From Chiloscyllium plagiosum (taxonomy: Eukaryota), in contig NW_025215380.1 in the NCBI RefSeq assembly GCF_004010195.1, positions 208,645 to 245,115 of the forward strand: a stretch of DNA of 36,471 bases, written 5' to 3'. Every line of letters starts with the position of its first letter. The stretch's first letter is position 1. Positions 20,053 to 31,094 of this stretch are shown one piece after another. Made by a program: the position numbers and the translations under genes. The notes below the pieces were generated by a model. That model was given only the letters and a program-made list of their open reading frames with translations. It was not told the origin of the DNA and did no database searches.

Positions 20053-22344
20053 AAAAGATAGCTAATAGCATGCTGGCCTTCATAACAAGAGGAATTGAGT
20101 AGAGAAGCAGAGGTTCTGCAGCTGTACAGGGCCCTGGTGAGACCACACCTGGAATATTGTGTGTAGGTTTGGTCTCCAAACTTGAGGAAAGACATTCTGG
20201 CTATTGAGGGAGTGCAGCGTAGGTTCACGAGGTCAATTCCTGGAATGGTGGGACTATCTTACGTTGAAAGATTGGAGTGACTGGGCTTGTATACCCCTGA
20301 GTTTAGGAGACTGAGACGGGATCTGATTGAGACATATAAGATTATGAAAGGATTGGACACTCTGGAGGCAGGAAACATGCTTCCGCTGACGGGTGAGTCC
20401 TGAACCAGAGGGCACAGTTTAAAAATAAGGGGTAGGCCATTTAGGACAGAGATGAGGAGTAACTCCTTCACCCAGAGAGTGGTGGGTGTATGGAGTGCTC
20501 TGCCCCAGAGGGCAGTGGAGGCCCAGTCTCTGAATACTTTCAAGAAAGAGTTGGATAGAGCTCTCAAGGATAGTGGAATCAAGGGTTATGGAGATAAGGC
20601 AGGAACAGGATACTGATCGAAAGTGATCAACCATGATCATAATGAATGGTGGTGCTAGCTCGAAGGGCAGAATGGCCTACTCCTGCACCTATTGTCTGTC
20701 TATTAACCTAAGAGGTAACTCTTTCATGCAGAGTGGTGCATGAATGGAATGAGCTGCCAGAGGAAGTAGTAGAGGTTGGTACAATTGCAACATTTAAAAG
20801 GCATATGGGTCTATGAATAGGAAGGTTTAGAACAATATGGGCCAAGTGCTGGCAAATGGGATTAGAGTGGGTTGGGATATCTGGTTGGCATGGACAAGTT
20901 GGACCGAAGGGTCTGTTTCTGTGCTGTACAACAGTCTGCTCAGTTAGTGCAGAATGAGTATCACTGAAAAATGACATGGTGTGCCTGACATCTTGCACTC
21001 ATCAAGAAAATTTGCAAGAATGTTAATTTAAGGGAAAATCATCACTTTAGTTTAGTGATTGGGTGAGTTTTTTGAGGTATTGCCATGGTGAATGTACCAG
21101 TTAACGACTGTCAGCTTTTGTTAAAATTTAAACAGGGCAGGTTGTTTCCTCAAGGCATTGCCTGAGGAAATATGATCGCAAATTGCTGTCACTTATTCAA
21201 CTGAGGTGAAACCACAGCAGTGTGTCTGCTTCTTCTGTATGCAAAGTGCAGAGCCCTGGCTATTTAATATATGTCCAGTACATGAGTATATCATACTGGC
21301 AGCCTGACTATCCCAAACTGGCTCTCAGCATAATTATTTACACACTTAGGATTGTGTAGCTGACCAGTTGTGCAGTTCCACTTAATCGAAGGCAAGGTTG
21401 TCAACTTTGTAACTTCAGACTTTTTGCAACAAATTAAAGGGATTTGGGGGTGCCAGGGCATGCAGCCATTTTACCTGGCATCTCTCAGGCACTGAAATCC
21501 ATATACCACCTCAGTCACTTGGGAAATGAGCACAATGTCTTTTTGGCTCAAAGTTCAGGTCCCTCCCCTCCTCTGTCTGCAGTCTACACTTCCCACAGCT
21601 GACCACCTTGGGATCTTTCCATGAGTGTCTGACGGAGCCGTCGGGAATTGTTGGGAGTTGACTGGATCGGTGTCTCCTGAATATCACAGCCTCCATCCTG
21701 TAGAAGGTGGAACTGTAGGAATCTGTCAACTGTCCAGCAGAAGCAGGAGAAGGTTGTGGGTGAACCCCGGTCCATTTCTCCAGGCTAGAAGGCAGTTCAT
21801 TCGACTGCTCCATTTCAAACAGGAGTCTGAGCACAGGTTGGAACCCATTACAACATGGAAGGAAATTCTCAGGAAGTTGCAGATGCAAGTATTGCAAACA
21901 AACATATCAACCCTTTTTTTTTTTTTTCTTTTCTGCCAACTGATTTTGTACGTAACATTAGCGTTAGTCAGTTATTTCTCAAGTATCGTTTGTAACAACA
22001 AACCTGAGGGTGATGAGGGACAGATAAATGCTGGTCAACCTATAGCACCCATACCCCACAAGTGCAGAACCTTTTTGAAGTTGTTTGCTTCATGCACAAA
22101 GTTAACTGTCTTTTGAGGATTTACTTTTAATTTCATTGTCTAGCTTCCAGTTAACCCCATGTTCCAGTTCAATCTTCCTCTTTTCCAGTGTTTGTTGTAC
22201 ACTGAAGCCTAGTGCCTAATTGCAGGTAGTATTTGTGGTGGATGATTGAATTAGGCACTGGTTTTATCACTAGTCTCCCCGTCTCCCCATCTCCCCACCT
22301 CCCCACCATTCCATTCTAAAGCTGTTACATTCCATCTAAAGCTG

Positions 22345-22625
22345 TGGGGAGGTAATGGTATTCTGGACAGACTATTAATCCAGAGACCCAGTACGTGTTC
22401 TGGTATCCTGGGTTTCAATTCCGACATGGCAGATGGTGGAATAAAGAGGAGTGTTGTCAGTTGTCAGGAAAACCCATGGGCTACACTGGTGTCCTTGTTG
22501 TAGCAAAGAGCATTCTGTATCCTTGCCTGGTCTGGCCAATACCTCATACCAGATCCACAGCCATGTGGTTGACTGTCAAGACAGTTAACGATGGGGAATA
22601 AATGCTCACAATCCCATGAATGAGC
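22345..22625 (+). mobile_element. tRNA-headed SINE (same family as 7146-8056)
   Basis: actattaatccagagacccag...gggtttcaattcc...tccttgcctggtctggcc...gatggggaataaatgct...atcccatgaatga. Confidence 0.8.
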
Positions 22626-22679
22626 TCAAAAGAAAACTGCTTTTCCAAACACAAGCTGGTTACACTTGTTCAGAACTCT

Positions 22680-22818
22680 CTCAACACCAGGTTAGAGTCC
22701 AACTGGTTTAGTTGCAATCACAAGCTTTCAGAGCACTGTCCCTTCATCAGGACTATCACCTTGTGTCATGTGACTTCTGTCCTTGTCCACCCCAGTCCAG
22801 CACTAGCACCTCCACATC
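22680..22818. mobile_element. PLE-derived short inverted insertion
   Basis: caacaccaggttagagtccaac...cttcatcagg followed by the opposite-orientation actatcaccttgtgtcatgtgacttctg...cctccacat. Confidence 0.8.
22722..22750 (-). ncRNA. Minimal hammerhead ribozyme core (PLE-type); stem I truncated
   Basis: Reverse complement reads CTGATGA-AGGG acagtg CTCT-GAAA-GCTT: intact core, 4-bp stem II, palindromic AGCT stem III. Confidence 0.6.
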
Positions 22819-22911
22819 GTGGTTATGCTGGAAGTCCATTCCAAGATAAATTCAAAACCAAAAAAATCGAACTAAACTATCCTCATCCCCATGGCATTGA
22901 TACCTGCAAAA

Positions 22912-23152
22912 AATCCTTACACTATGGAAGCAGGCCATTCAGCCCATCAAGTCCACACCAGCCTGTCATAGAGGAGCATCCCACAGACAGACTTCCCCTA
23001 CGTTATACTTGTAGCCCTGTGTTTCCCATGACTAATCCCCCAGCCTGCACATCCCTGGACATTCTGGGTAACCTTGAGCTGCCAATCCATCTTTGGACTG
23101 CGGGAGGAAACCGGAGCACCCGGAGGAAACCCACGTAGACACTGGGAGAATG
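22912..23152 (-). mobile_element. HE1 SINE, 5'-truncated
   Basis: ggaagcaggccattcagcccatcaagtccacac...gggaggaaaccggagcacccggaggaaacccacgtagacactgggagaatgtg. Confidence 0.85.
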
Positions 23153-23578
23153 TGGAAACAGACCCTTTGATCTAACCAATCCATGCCAACCAGAATCCCA
23201 AACTAAACTAGTCCCGCCTGCCTGCTCCTGGCCCATATACCTCCAAACCTTTCACATTCACGCACTTATCAAAATATCTTAAATATTGTAACTGTACCAA
23301 CATCCACCACTTCCTCTGGAAGTTCATCACATATCACCCTCCATGTAAAACACACTTTGCCCCTCATGCCTTTTCAAAATCTCTCTCCTTAACTTTGTGT
23401 CCCTAGTCTTGAAATTCCCCCACCCTAAGGAAAAGACAGCAACCATTAACACTATCTATATCCCTCATTATTTCATAAATCTCTAAGATTATCTCTCAAC
23501 ATTCTACCCTTCAGTGAAAAACATCCCAACCTATCCTGCCTTCCTTCATAAGTCAAGTCTTCCGTTCCCAGAAACATT
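23153..23578 (-). mobile_element. HER1/CR1 LINE 3' fragment
   Basis: ggaaacagaccctttga...catccaccacttcctctggaagttca...ccttcagtgaaaaacatccc. Confidence 0.85.
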
Positions 23579-23807
23579 TTTTTTCTAATGCACTGAGCTA
23601 TTCACCACAAGTGTCTTTTAAGTTTTAAAAACTGCTTCATTTAAATAGATATAAACACACTTCCTCTTAGAATTCAAAAATGAAACTAAGTTCTTACCTC
23701 CTTAGCCCATACAAAATTGAAATACAAACTAAACCTAAAACTCTGCATGGTTCTCCCAGCTTAGAACCCAAATATACATGATGAATCTTGACCACAATCA
23801 TTTACAA

Positions 23808-24023
23808 TGTGGAGGTCCTAGTGTTGGACTGAGATGGACAAGGTCAGAAGTCACATGACACCAGGTTATAGTCCAATGGGTTTATTTGAAATTACCAGCT
23901 TTTGGAGTGCTGTCCCTTCATCGTGTGAGGGGTAAACTCTATCCTTCACCTGACGAAGGGACATTGCTCTGAAAACTTGTGATTTCAAATGACTATAACC
24001 TGGTGTTGTGTGACTTCTGACCT
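23808..24023. mobile_element. PLE-derived palindromic insertion
   Basis: Left arm aggtcagaagtcacatgacaccaggttatagtc...cccttcatcgtgtga is the reverse complement of right arm tcacctgacgaagggac...gactataacctggtgttgtgtgacttctgacct. Confidence 0.9.
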
Positions 24024-24124
24024 CTTATGTTTCAAAATCATTTTCCACATTCTCACTTTTTAAAAAAGAAAAATCCACTCCCACACCAGAAGTTATTTTC
24101 ATCCACGTTTTGACCTGTTCAGAG

Positions 24125-24565
24125 TCGACATGGTATAGCTAGGGGGAAACTGTTCCTACTTATTGAAGTGAGATGAGGTTTAGCCAAAAAAAATCAGCAA
24201 AACTAATGTGAGGAAAAAAACAAACTTTGTCTATGTGCTGGAGGCAGATTCATTTGAAGCTTTCAAAAGACAGCTAGAGAAATAAGGCTGTGCAGGGTTG
24301 TGAGCAGAAGGTGAGAGAACAGCAGTAAGTGAATTGTTCATCTGGGGAGCCATTGCAGTCCCAGGGGGCTGAATGGCCTCATCCCATGTACAAATGGTAA
24401 CTCACTACCACAGGAAGCTGTGGAGGCCAAGTCTCTGAATATATTCAAGGTTTCTGGGAACTAACTGTATTGAGGGGTACAGGGAGAGCGTGGTGTTGAG
24501 GTAAGCGGATTGGCCAGGATAACGTAGAATGGCAGATCAGAACTGAATGACCTACTCTGCTGCCT
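24125..24565 (+). mobile_element. Two decayed CR1 3' ends in tandem
   Basis: Two tails: gggctgaatggcctc (~24367) and ctgaatgacctactc (~24543). Confidence 0.7.
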
Positions 24566-24715
24566 GTCCAATCCCCCGTGACCTCGACTCCCTCAGGTGG
24601 GATAAAACAATGACAATGCACTCAGAAAATCATTGAATATTCACAGACAAGCCAAATGCTAGCATTGAGTATCAAAATATATTAAGATCTCCAACATTTA
24701 AATATACATCTCAGT

Positions 24716-25871
24716 TAGCGAGATTTGAGAAGATTTGTAGCTCAGGTTGAGGTTCTGGATGTAAATTTGTTTGCTGAGCTGGAAGGTTCATTTCCAGACG
24801 TTTCATCACCATACCAGATAACATCTTCAGTGAGCCTCTGGATGAAGCACTGGCGGCATGGCCCACTTTCTATTTGTGTTTAGGTTTCTTTGAGGTGGTG
24901 GTGTCATTTCCTTTGATGTCATTTCCTCTTCCTTTTTCTCAAGGAGTGGTAAATGGGATCCAAGTCAATGTGTTTGATAGTTCTGGTTGGAATGCCATGC
25001 TTCTAGGAATTCTCATGCATGTCTCTGTTTGGCTTGTCCTCGGATGGATGTGTTGTACCAAAGTGGTGTCCTTCCTCAGCTGTATGTAAGGATACTAGTG
25101 AGACTGGGTCATGTGGTTTTTTTTTGGTTAGTTGGTGTTCATGTATCCTGGTGGCTAGTTTTCTGCCTGTTTGTCAAATGTAGTGTTTGATACAAGTTCT
25201 TGCAAGGTGTTAGTTTTGCTTGTTGTCTGTATAGGGTCTTTCAAGTTCATTAGCTGCTGTTTTAGTGTGTTGGTGGGTTTGTGGGCTACCACGATGTCAA
25301 GGGGTCTGAGTAGTCTGGCAGTCATTTCTAAGATGCCTTTGATGTAGGGGAGAGTGGCTAGGATTTCTGGATGTGTTCTGTCTGCTTGTTTGGGTTTGTT
25401 GCTGAGAAATCAGCGGGCTGTGTTCATTGGGTACCCGATCTTTTTGAATATTTACAAAATACCGTGCAAGAGCTGTATCAAACACTACATTGGACAAACC
25501 GACAGAAAACTAGCCACCAGGATACATGAACATCAACCAGCCACAAAAAGATATGACCCACTCTCACTAGTATCCTCACATACAGACAAGGAAGGACACA
25601 CTTCGACTGGGATGACACATCCATCCTAGGACAAGCCAAACAGACACGCATGAGAATACCTAGAAGCATAGCATTCCAACAGGAACTCTATCAACAAACT
25701 CATCGAGTTAGACCCCATTTACCAGCCCCTGAAAAAACAGGAAATGACATCCTAACCCAAGGAAACCTAAACACACAAAGTGGGCCATCCCACCAGTGCT
25801 TCATCCGGAGGCTCAATGACATTATGGTGACAAAGCATCTGAAAACGAACCTTCCAGCTCAGCGAGCATCC
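24716..25871 (-). mobile_element. Penelope-like element (Penelope/Poseidon-type): minus-strand 3' part plus inverted GIY-YIG/pLTR copy, 12-bp TSD
   Basis: Plus copy encodes IYKIPCKSCIKHYIGQTDRKLATRIHEH (GIY-YIG); the same sequence is inverted at 24757-25205; atacatctcagt flanks both ends (24704-24715, 25872-25883). Confidence 0.92.
24794..24833 (-). ncRNA. Minimal type I hammerhead ribozyme in PLE pLTR
   Basis: Reverse complement: tca-CTGAAGA-t-GTTATC tggtat GGTGAT-GAAA-CGTC-tgg; core CUGANGA/GAAA, GUC cleavage triplet, palindromic ACGU stem III. Confidence 0.7.
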
Positions 25872-26068
25872 ATACATCTCAGTATAGCCCCAGAGAGTGT
25901 CCGTTTACATTGAGTCATCCACCTTTTCGGCTGTTATACATCGGTTCCACTACAGAGATATCGCAATCTTGCAATTCAGAAACATCCTCTGTATCTGGTA
26001 GATGGCCAGTGTATGTGTTCCTCCACCCCAAAACATCCAGCTACAGAGGCCAGAGACCAGGCCATTAC

Positions 26069-26223
26069 CTCTGGGGGGAGATTAAAAGCAAGTTCATTCC
26101 CTGATCCATTTCAATCCAGCTCCAGCTGCATGGGTCTGAATGAATTTCTTGCTGGGACAGTACAGAACTTCAGCCAAAAACAAAGATATGCAGTGACAGT
26201 TTTCTGTCCTGTGTCCGTGAGGA
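26069..26223 (-). other. Candidate exon of a minus-strand transcript
   Basis: Acceptor gttgtttcttttccccatttgcatttcag, donor GAG|gtaatg; TE-free. Confidence 0.35.
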
Positions 26224-26299
26224 CTGAAATGCAAATGGGGAAAAGAAACAACTTTGTAAAGAGACAAGGCCTCTTAACGCTTGGGGAGAGGGTCCTGGT

Positions 26300-26545
26300 T
26301 GGTTGAAATAATTGTTTGGTAAAAGGAGACGTGTCAGAAATGAACCCTTTTGGAACTGAGGGGTGCAGAGAGGGTGAGCCAGTGGAATTCTTCCCACAGA
26401 AAACCGTGCAGGCTAAAACATTGTATGACTTCTGGAAGGAGTTGGATACAGGACTTGGGGCTAAAGGGATCACAGGGTTTGAGGGAGAAAGCAGGAACGG
26501 GGGACTGAGTTGGATGGTCAGCAGAGCAGGGCTGAATGGGCATCC
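26300..26545 (+). mobile_element. CR1 3' fragment
   Basis: gtggaattcttcccacagaaaaccgtgcaggc...ctaaagggatcacaggg...gggctgaatggc. Confidence 0.75.
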
Positions 26546-26899
26546 CTCCCCCCCCCCACCACGCTTTTTTTTTAATTTATCTTTTTTAGTGTTAACTGTC
26601 TTGCTGGCAGTAATATCTGGATGATCAATCTTAGACTCTTTTAGCTCCAAGATCTTCACAGTGTGAGACATTGCTTTTTGCTAAAATGTCATTAAATATT
26701 TTTGTGGTAGTCAAATGAGGTGGGTGGGGGAGGGAGTGGGTGTTATAATAAAGGGTTCCTGATCCAAACTCCTCTCCCCTCCCTCGCCTGGCGATAATCA
26801 GGTTAAATCCAAACCAGGCACACCACCTCCACAGCTGTTATCTTTGCTTTCTTCCCTTCTTCCTGATGTACCTAACAACAGGAAAAGCTTCAACCTGCT

Positions 26900-27145
26900 A
26901 ACAATGTGTGGTTTAAATTTAAGAAAGGGTTGTGAGGGATTGGGGCACTCAGTATAAATTCAACACCCCCTCTCGGGGTGGTGGGGGGGTACATTTTGGT
27001 TCTGTGAAAGCCTGGGAGAACTGGATAAATATCTAAAGGGGAGGAGGCGGCTTGCAGGGACGGGATCTGGAGAGGCCAGTGAGATTGCAAGCAAAGCTCT
27101 GCCAAAGAGCTAGCACGGACAAGATGAAATGAATGGCCTCTGTCA
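26900..27145 (+). mobile_element. Decayed CR1 3' fragment
   Basis: gagaactggataaatatcta...gagctagcacggacaagatg..tgaatggcctc. Confidence 0.55.
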
Positions 27146-27279
27146 TAGGATGGATTTCTGACTGTTGATCCAAAAACTAGCCCCTCAGAGATAACCCCAC
27201 AAACAGGAAGGCAGCCCCCTCATCTTTCCTTGTGGGCATTAAACTCAGGGAGCCCAGCGAGACTCACTTGGGAGAGAAA

Positions 27280-27768
27280 ACTCACACTTACACATGCACA
27301 CTCTCACACAAGCACACACAATTATATATACACTCACGCACAAAGTTATGCTCTCTTACGCAGATATGTGCATGCACATGTACGAACACACAAGTATGCA
27401 TACTTACTCTCTGGTTCAGAGTGTATGTGAACGTGTGTCATGTTATATGCACAAACGCACACACTATTGTGCGCACACAATCATATGTACGTTCACACAC
27501 ACAAAATTATATACACACTCGCACATGCACGCACACAATTGTATGTGCATTCACACAATTATGCACACACTCACACACACATGCACACTCATGTACGCTG
27601 ACACAATTATACATTTGCACACATAATTATGTGCACACACACAAAATTAGGTACACATAAGCACACTCGTACACACAATTATTCACACATCCGCACACAT
27701 ACGTACACCCATGTACATACACACAATTATACACATGCTCATGTACATGCACACAATTATACACACAC
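27280..27768. repeat. Degenerate (CA)-rich satellite with recurring cacacaattat motif
   Basis: Alternating purine-pyrimidine tract with repeated acacaattat(a/g). Confidence 0.9.
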
Positions 27769-27940
27769 CTCCACATTTCTGCAAGTCACAGGCCCTGCCA
27801 TTGTCAAACCGGGCACCCCTCCAATTGAGCCCACCAACACCTGCCCCTCAGTTGTGCCAGCATGACAGGAGGAACAAGGGGCACCTGTGTACGACGTTGT
27901 GTCCAATCCTACCAGCCTGGAAGTTTGCTGCACATTCCAT

Positions 27941-28045
27941 GGGGGGTGGTGAGGGGTAATGAGGGGTTGGTGAGGGGGTGGTGACGAGGTGGTGAGGGGA
28001 TGTTGAGGGCCTGGTGACAGGGTGGTGAAGGACTGTTGAGGGGGT
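27941..28045. repeat. Degenerate 10-bp G-rich tandem repeat (ggtgaggggt)n
   Basis: About 10 successive (g/t)gtgagggg-like units. Confidence 0.75.
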
Positions 28046-28380
28046 TTTCAGCTGGGAAAGTTGGGATTGGGCAGGTGGATAGGAGGGGGCAGTGGAGAGA
28101 GTGCACAGAGTGGGGTGGGGTTGCTGAGATGAGGAGTGAGGGTGGGAGGAGGTGACAAAAAGACATCTCCGGATGATTGGCCCACCCCACAATGTGAACA
28201 TGAGCGGTCACCTCTCAGCGAGGGTCCTGGGCTCGGCCTTGTCTCTGGAAGGGTTAATGGTCAGGAACAAACCGTTCCCTCAGCTCAGAAGGGGCTGGAG
28301 GGGGTTGTCCCTCCTCTTTAACCCCCTCCCCTCCTCAGTTCCCTGCACAAACTCAGCCCTGTCCACATCCCACCCCTCAC

Positions 28381-28564
28381 CCTCCCAAAGCATGGTTTTC
28401 CAGGAGTCTGAGCCAACCCCAAGTCCGTTGCCCATCCGTTGTTCTCGGGGCGGCAGCAGCTGAATGGAGATTCTGGCGGAGCTCAGCGCACAGACCGATC
28501 CCACAATGGGCTGTCACCTCAGTGATTCCCAATCACCACTGGCACGTAGTCACTCACAGACTGC
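28381..28564 (-). other. Candidate exon of a minus-strand transcript (5' UTR plus MGNGLGVGSDSWKTMLWE)
   Basis: Acceptor (ct)n-gtgtccctgcag, donor AGG|gtgagg; CpG-containing unique sequence; ATG at 28435. Confidence 0.35.
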
Positions 28565-28607
28565 CTGCAGGGACACAGAGAGAGAGAGAGAGAGAGAGCA
28601 GGTGGTG

Positions 28608-28826
28608 AGATTTGTTTTGACTTATTGTTGTCCCATGTACCTAGGTACAGTGAAAAGTTTTGTTTAGCATGCAGTACAGGCAGATCGTACACCGTGCATT
28701 AGAATGATAGAACAGAGTGAGGAATATTATGTTATGGCTGCAAAGAATGTGCACAGAGAGAGAGAGATCCTTGTTAAATTTGAGACGTCCATTCAGAAGG
28801 CTACTAACAGTGGGGAAGAAGCTGTT
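28608..28826 (-). mobile_element. LINE 3' fragment, probably Rex1/Babar-like
   Basis: acagtgaaaagttttgtt...ccattcagaaggctactaacagtggggaagaagctgtt resembles the reverse Rex1-type end (NSFFP.. motif). Confidence 0.5.
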
Positions 28827-29121
28827 GATTAGATTCCCTACATTATGGAAACCGGCCCTTCAGTCCAACAAGTCCACACCAACCCTCTGAAGAGTAACCC
28901 ACCCAGACCCATTCCCCAACCCTATGTTGACCCCTGACGAATGCACCTTGCACTATGGGCAATTGAGCATGGCCAGCTCGGGACTGTGGGAGGAAACCGG
29001 AGGAAACCTACGCAGACACGGGGGGAGAATGTGCAAACTCCACACAGACAGTTGCCTGAGAGGGGAATTGGACCCGGGTCTCTGGCGCTGTGAGCCAGCA
29101 GTGCTAGCCACCGTGCCACCC
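28827..29121 (-). mobile_element. HE1 SINE, near full length
   Basis: gattagattccctaca...ggaaaccggcccttc...gagaatgtgcaaactccacacagac...gtgctagccaccgtgccaccc. Confidence 0.92.
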
Positions 29122-29124
29122 ATT

Positions 29125-29235
29125 AAAACTCCACCATCTGCCATGGCAGGCCTTGAGCCCAGGTCCCCAGAACGTTCTCAGGGGCTTTGGGTTTACGGTC
29201 TAGCGGCAATACTACTAGGCCTGTTGCCCACCTTC
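29125..29235 (-). mobile_element. tRNA-headed SINE 5' part (family of 7146-8056)
   Basis: ccaccatctgccatggcagg...ccaggtccccagaacgttctc...actactaggcc. Confidence 0.75.
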
Positions 29236-29327
29236 CTGAGGCAGTGGGAAGTGGAGATGGAGTCCGTGGATGGAAACTTGGGTTGTGTTCACAGTCTCTG
29301 TAGTTTCTCACAGAGCAGTTGCCGCAC

Positions 29328-29827
29328 NNNNNNNNNNNNNNNNNNNNNNNNNNNNNNNNNNNNNNNNNNNNNNNNNNNNNNNNNNNNNNNNNNNNNNNNN
29401 NNNNNNNNNNNNNNNNNNNNNNNNNNNNNNNNNNNNNNNNNNNNNNNNNNNNNNNNNNNNNNNNNNNNNNNNNNNNNNNNNNNNNNNNNNNNNNNNNNNN
29501 NNNNNNNNNNNNNNNNNNNNNNNNNNNNNNNNNNNNNNNNNNNNNNNNNNNNNNNNNNNNNNNNNNNNNNNNNNNNNNNNNNNNNNNNNNNNNNNNNNNN
29601 NNNNNNNNNNNNNNNNNNNNNNNNNNNNNNNNNNNNNNNNNNNNNNNNNNNNNNNNNNNNNNNNNNNNNNNNNNNNNNNNNNNNNNNNNNNNNNNNNNNN
29701 NNNNNNNNNNNNNNNNNNNNNNNNNNNNNNNNNNNNNNNNNNNNNNNNNNNNNNNNNNNNNNNNNNNNNNNNNNNNNNNNNNNNNNNNNNNNNNNNNNNN
29801 NNNNNNNNNNNNNNNNNNNNNNNNNNN
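29328..29827. other. Assembly gap (500 N)
   Basis: Run of N. Confidence 1.
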
Positions 29828-30020
29828 GATTTTATTTACTCTGTCACAGGATGTGGGCATCACCGATGAGGTCAGAGTTCACTGCTCGTCCCTAATTGCC
29901 CCTTGGTCTGAGTGACTAGCTCAGAGGGAAGTTGACAGTCAGCCCCGAGACCATGGGGTCTGGAGTCACGGCTAGGTCAAACTGGGGAAGGACGGCAGAT
30001 TAGCGAATGTGATGGGTTCT
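29828..30020 (-). mobile_element. tRNA-headed SINE 3' part (family of 7146-8056)
   Basis: ggatgtgggcatcacc...tccctaattgcccttg...ggggtctggagtcacggctaggtcaaactggggaaggacggcagat. Confidence 0.75.
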
Positions 30021-30304
30021 GATGGAGATAGAAAATGCCGCGGCAATATTTCCTTGCAAGTCGCAATTCCGACCCTGAGCTGAGTTACAGAACCTGTAAT
30101 TTGGTGGTTTCAAGGCACTTTTATGGCCGTTTTCATAACTGGAGCCCAGTGTTCCAGCAGCCGCTGTGTCAAGGTTTGAACCTGTGACTCCAGGCCATTG
30201 ACTGAGCTTCTCAGCACCACCGTCTCAGTAATACAGCCCCGTCCCCTCTGTCCCTCTTTCCGAACGGGGTGGCATTGCAACAGGAAAGCCAGGAAACGTT
30301 CGCG

Positions 30305-30425
30305 GTTAGGAGCGGGTGGTAGTGTCCCCAACCTTAGACCGGGAGGCCCGTGTTCAAGTCCCACTTGCTCCAAGGGGTGTGGGGGTGGAAGCGGGTGTGT
30401 CATGACATCTCTGAGCAGTTTGGTT
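30305..30425 (+). mobile_element. tRNA-derived SINE fragment
   Basis: gtggtagtgtcccc...gtgttcaagtcccac (B-box-like); related to 3310-3490. Confidence 0.55.
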
Positions 30426-31094
30426 AGGAGACAATGGGTTAACTCAAAAGGAGCAGGAGCAGGCCATTCGACCCCTCCAATATGTTCTGCAGTTCAGGGG
30501 TTGATCATCCAACTCAATGCCGAGGGGTAAGTGTTGAGCAATTCCTGTAAAGCACCTGAAACATTTCGGTTTGACTCTCCTGTAAAGTATTGCGATTGCC
30601 CAACCAAATATCCACTGAGCTGAGGGTTGAGGAATGGTGGTGGTGGTGGGGGGGGTGGGGGGGAGGTCAGGTAGAGGACTGGCCTCTTGCTACGTTAGGT
30701 CCTCACCCACTCTCTGCGGGCACCCTGTCTATCTTTCACTCCTTCATCCTACCTGCTTGATGGCAGTGCCAGAATCATGTGCTTGTTCTACATCTGTTCG
30801 CCAAGGACTGGCACAGGCAAGTTGGGCCGAAGGGCCTGTTTCGATGCTGTCAAGCACCATGACTGCTCTCCCTCGGGTGGTGCAGACCCTGCCAGTGCAC
30901 CGGCGGGCTCCGGAACAATAACGTTGGTTATTATTGCATCCACGATGTGGCCAAAGATTACCCTCAAAAAACCCAGAGGATGCAAAGTCACAGCCAGCTA
31001 GTCAGCAGGCAGAGCAGGTAACCGGGAACGCCACTGTGGATTCCGAGTGGGATTGAACAGAAGTATAAAGGATGAAAGGGGAAGAATCTTGGAG

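Larger units (their letters stand above)
18026..20704 (+). mobile_element. CR1 LINE 'C' with APE endonuclease and RT, nested in the 3' end of element A
   Basis: GVIYRPPNS, LEQLVLEPTRKKEILDLVLCN, LGSSDHN (APE); VDVVCLDFQKVFDKVP, SKFADNTKLGG, WQMQFNVDKC (RT); tail gaagggcagaatggcctactcctgcacctattgtc. Confidence 0.92.
14920..20935 (+). mobile_element. HER1/CR1 LINE 'A' (RT to 3' tail) split into 14920-15765, 17212-17425, 17649-18025 and 20705-20935 by nested insertions
   Basis: [66 protein letters not shown]; the consensus continues across each insertion; tail ggaccgaagggtctgtttctgtgctgta. Confidence 0.9.

Noticed and set aside
27230..27865. His/Thr-rich ORFs
   Set aside because: Translation of a (CA)-rich low-complexity repeat
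28924..29915. Long ORFs of 198-323 aa
   Set aside because: Antisense SINE sequence plus a 500-N gap
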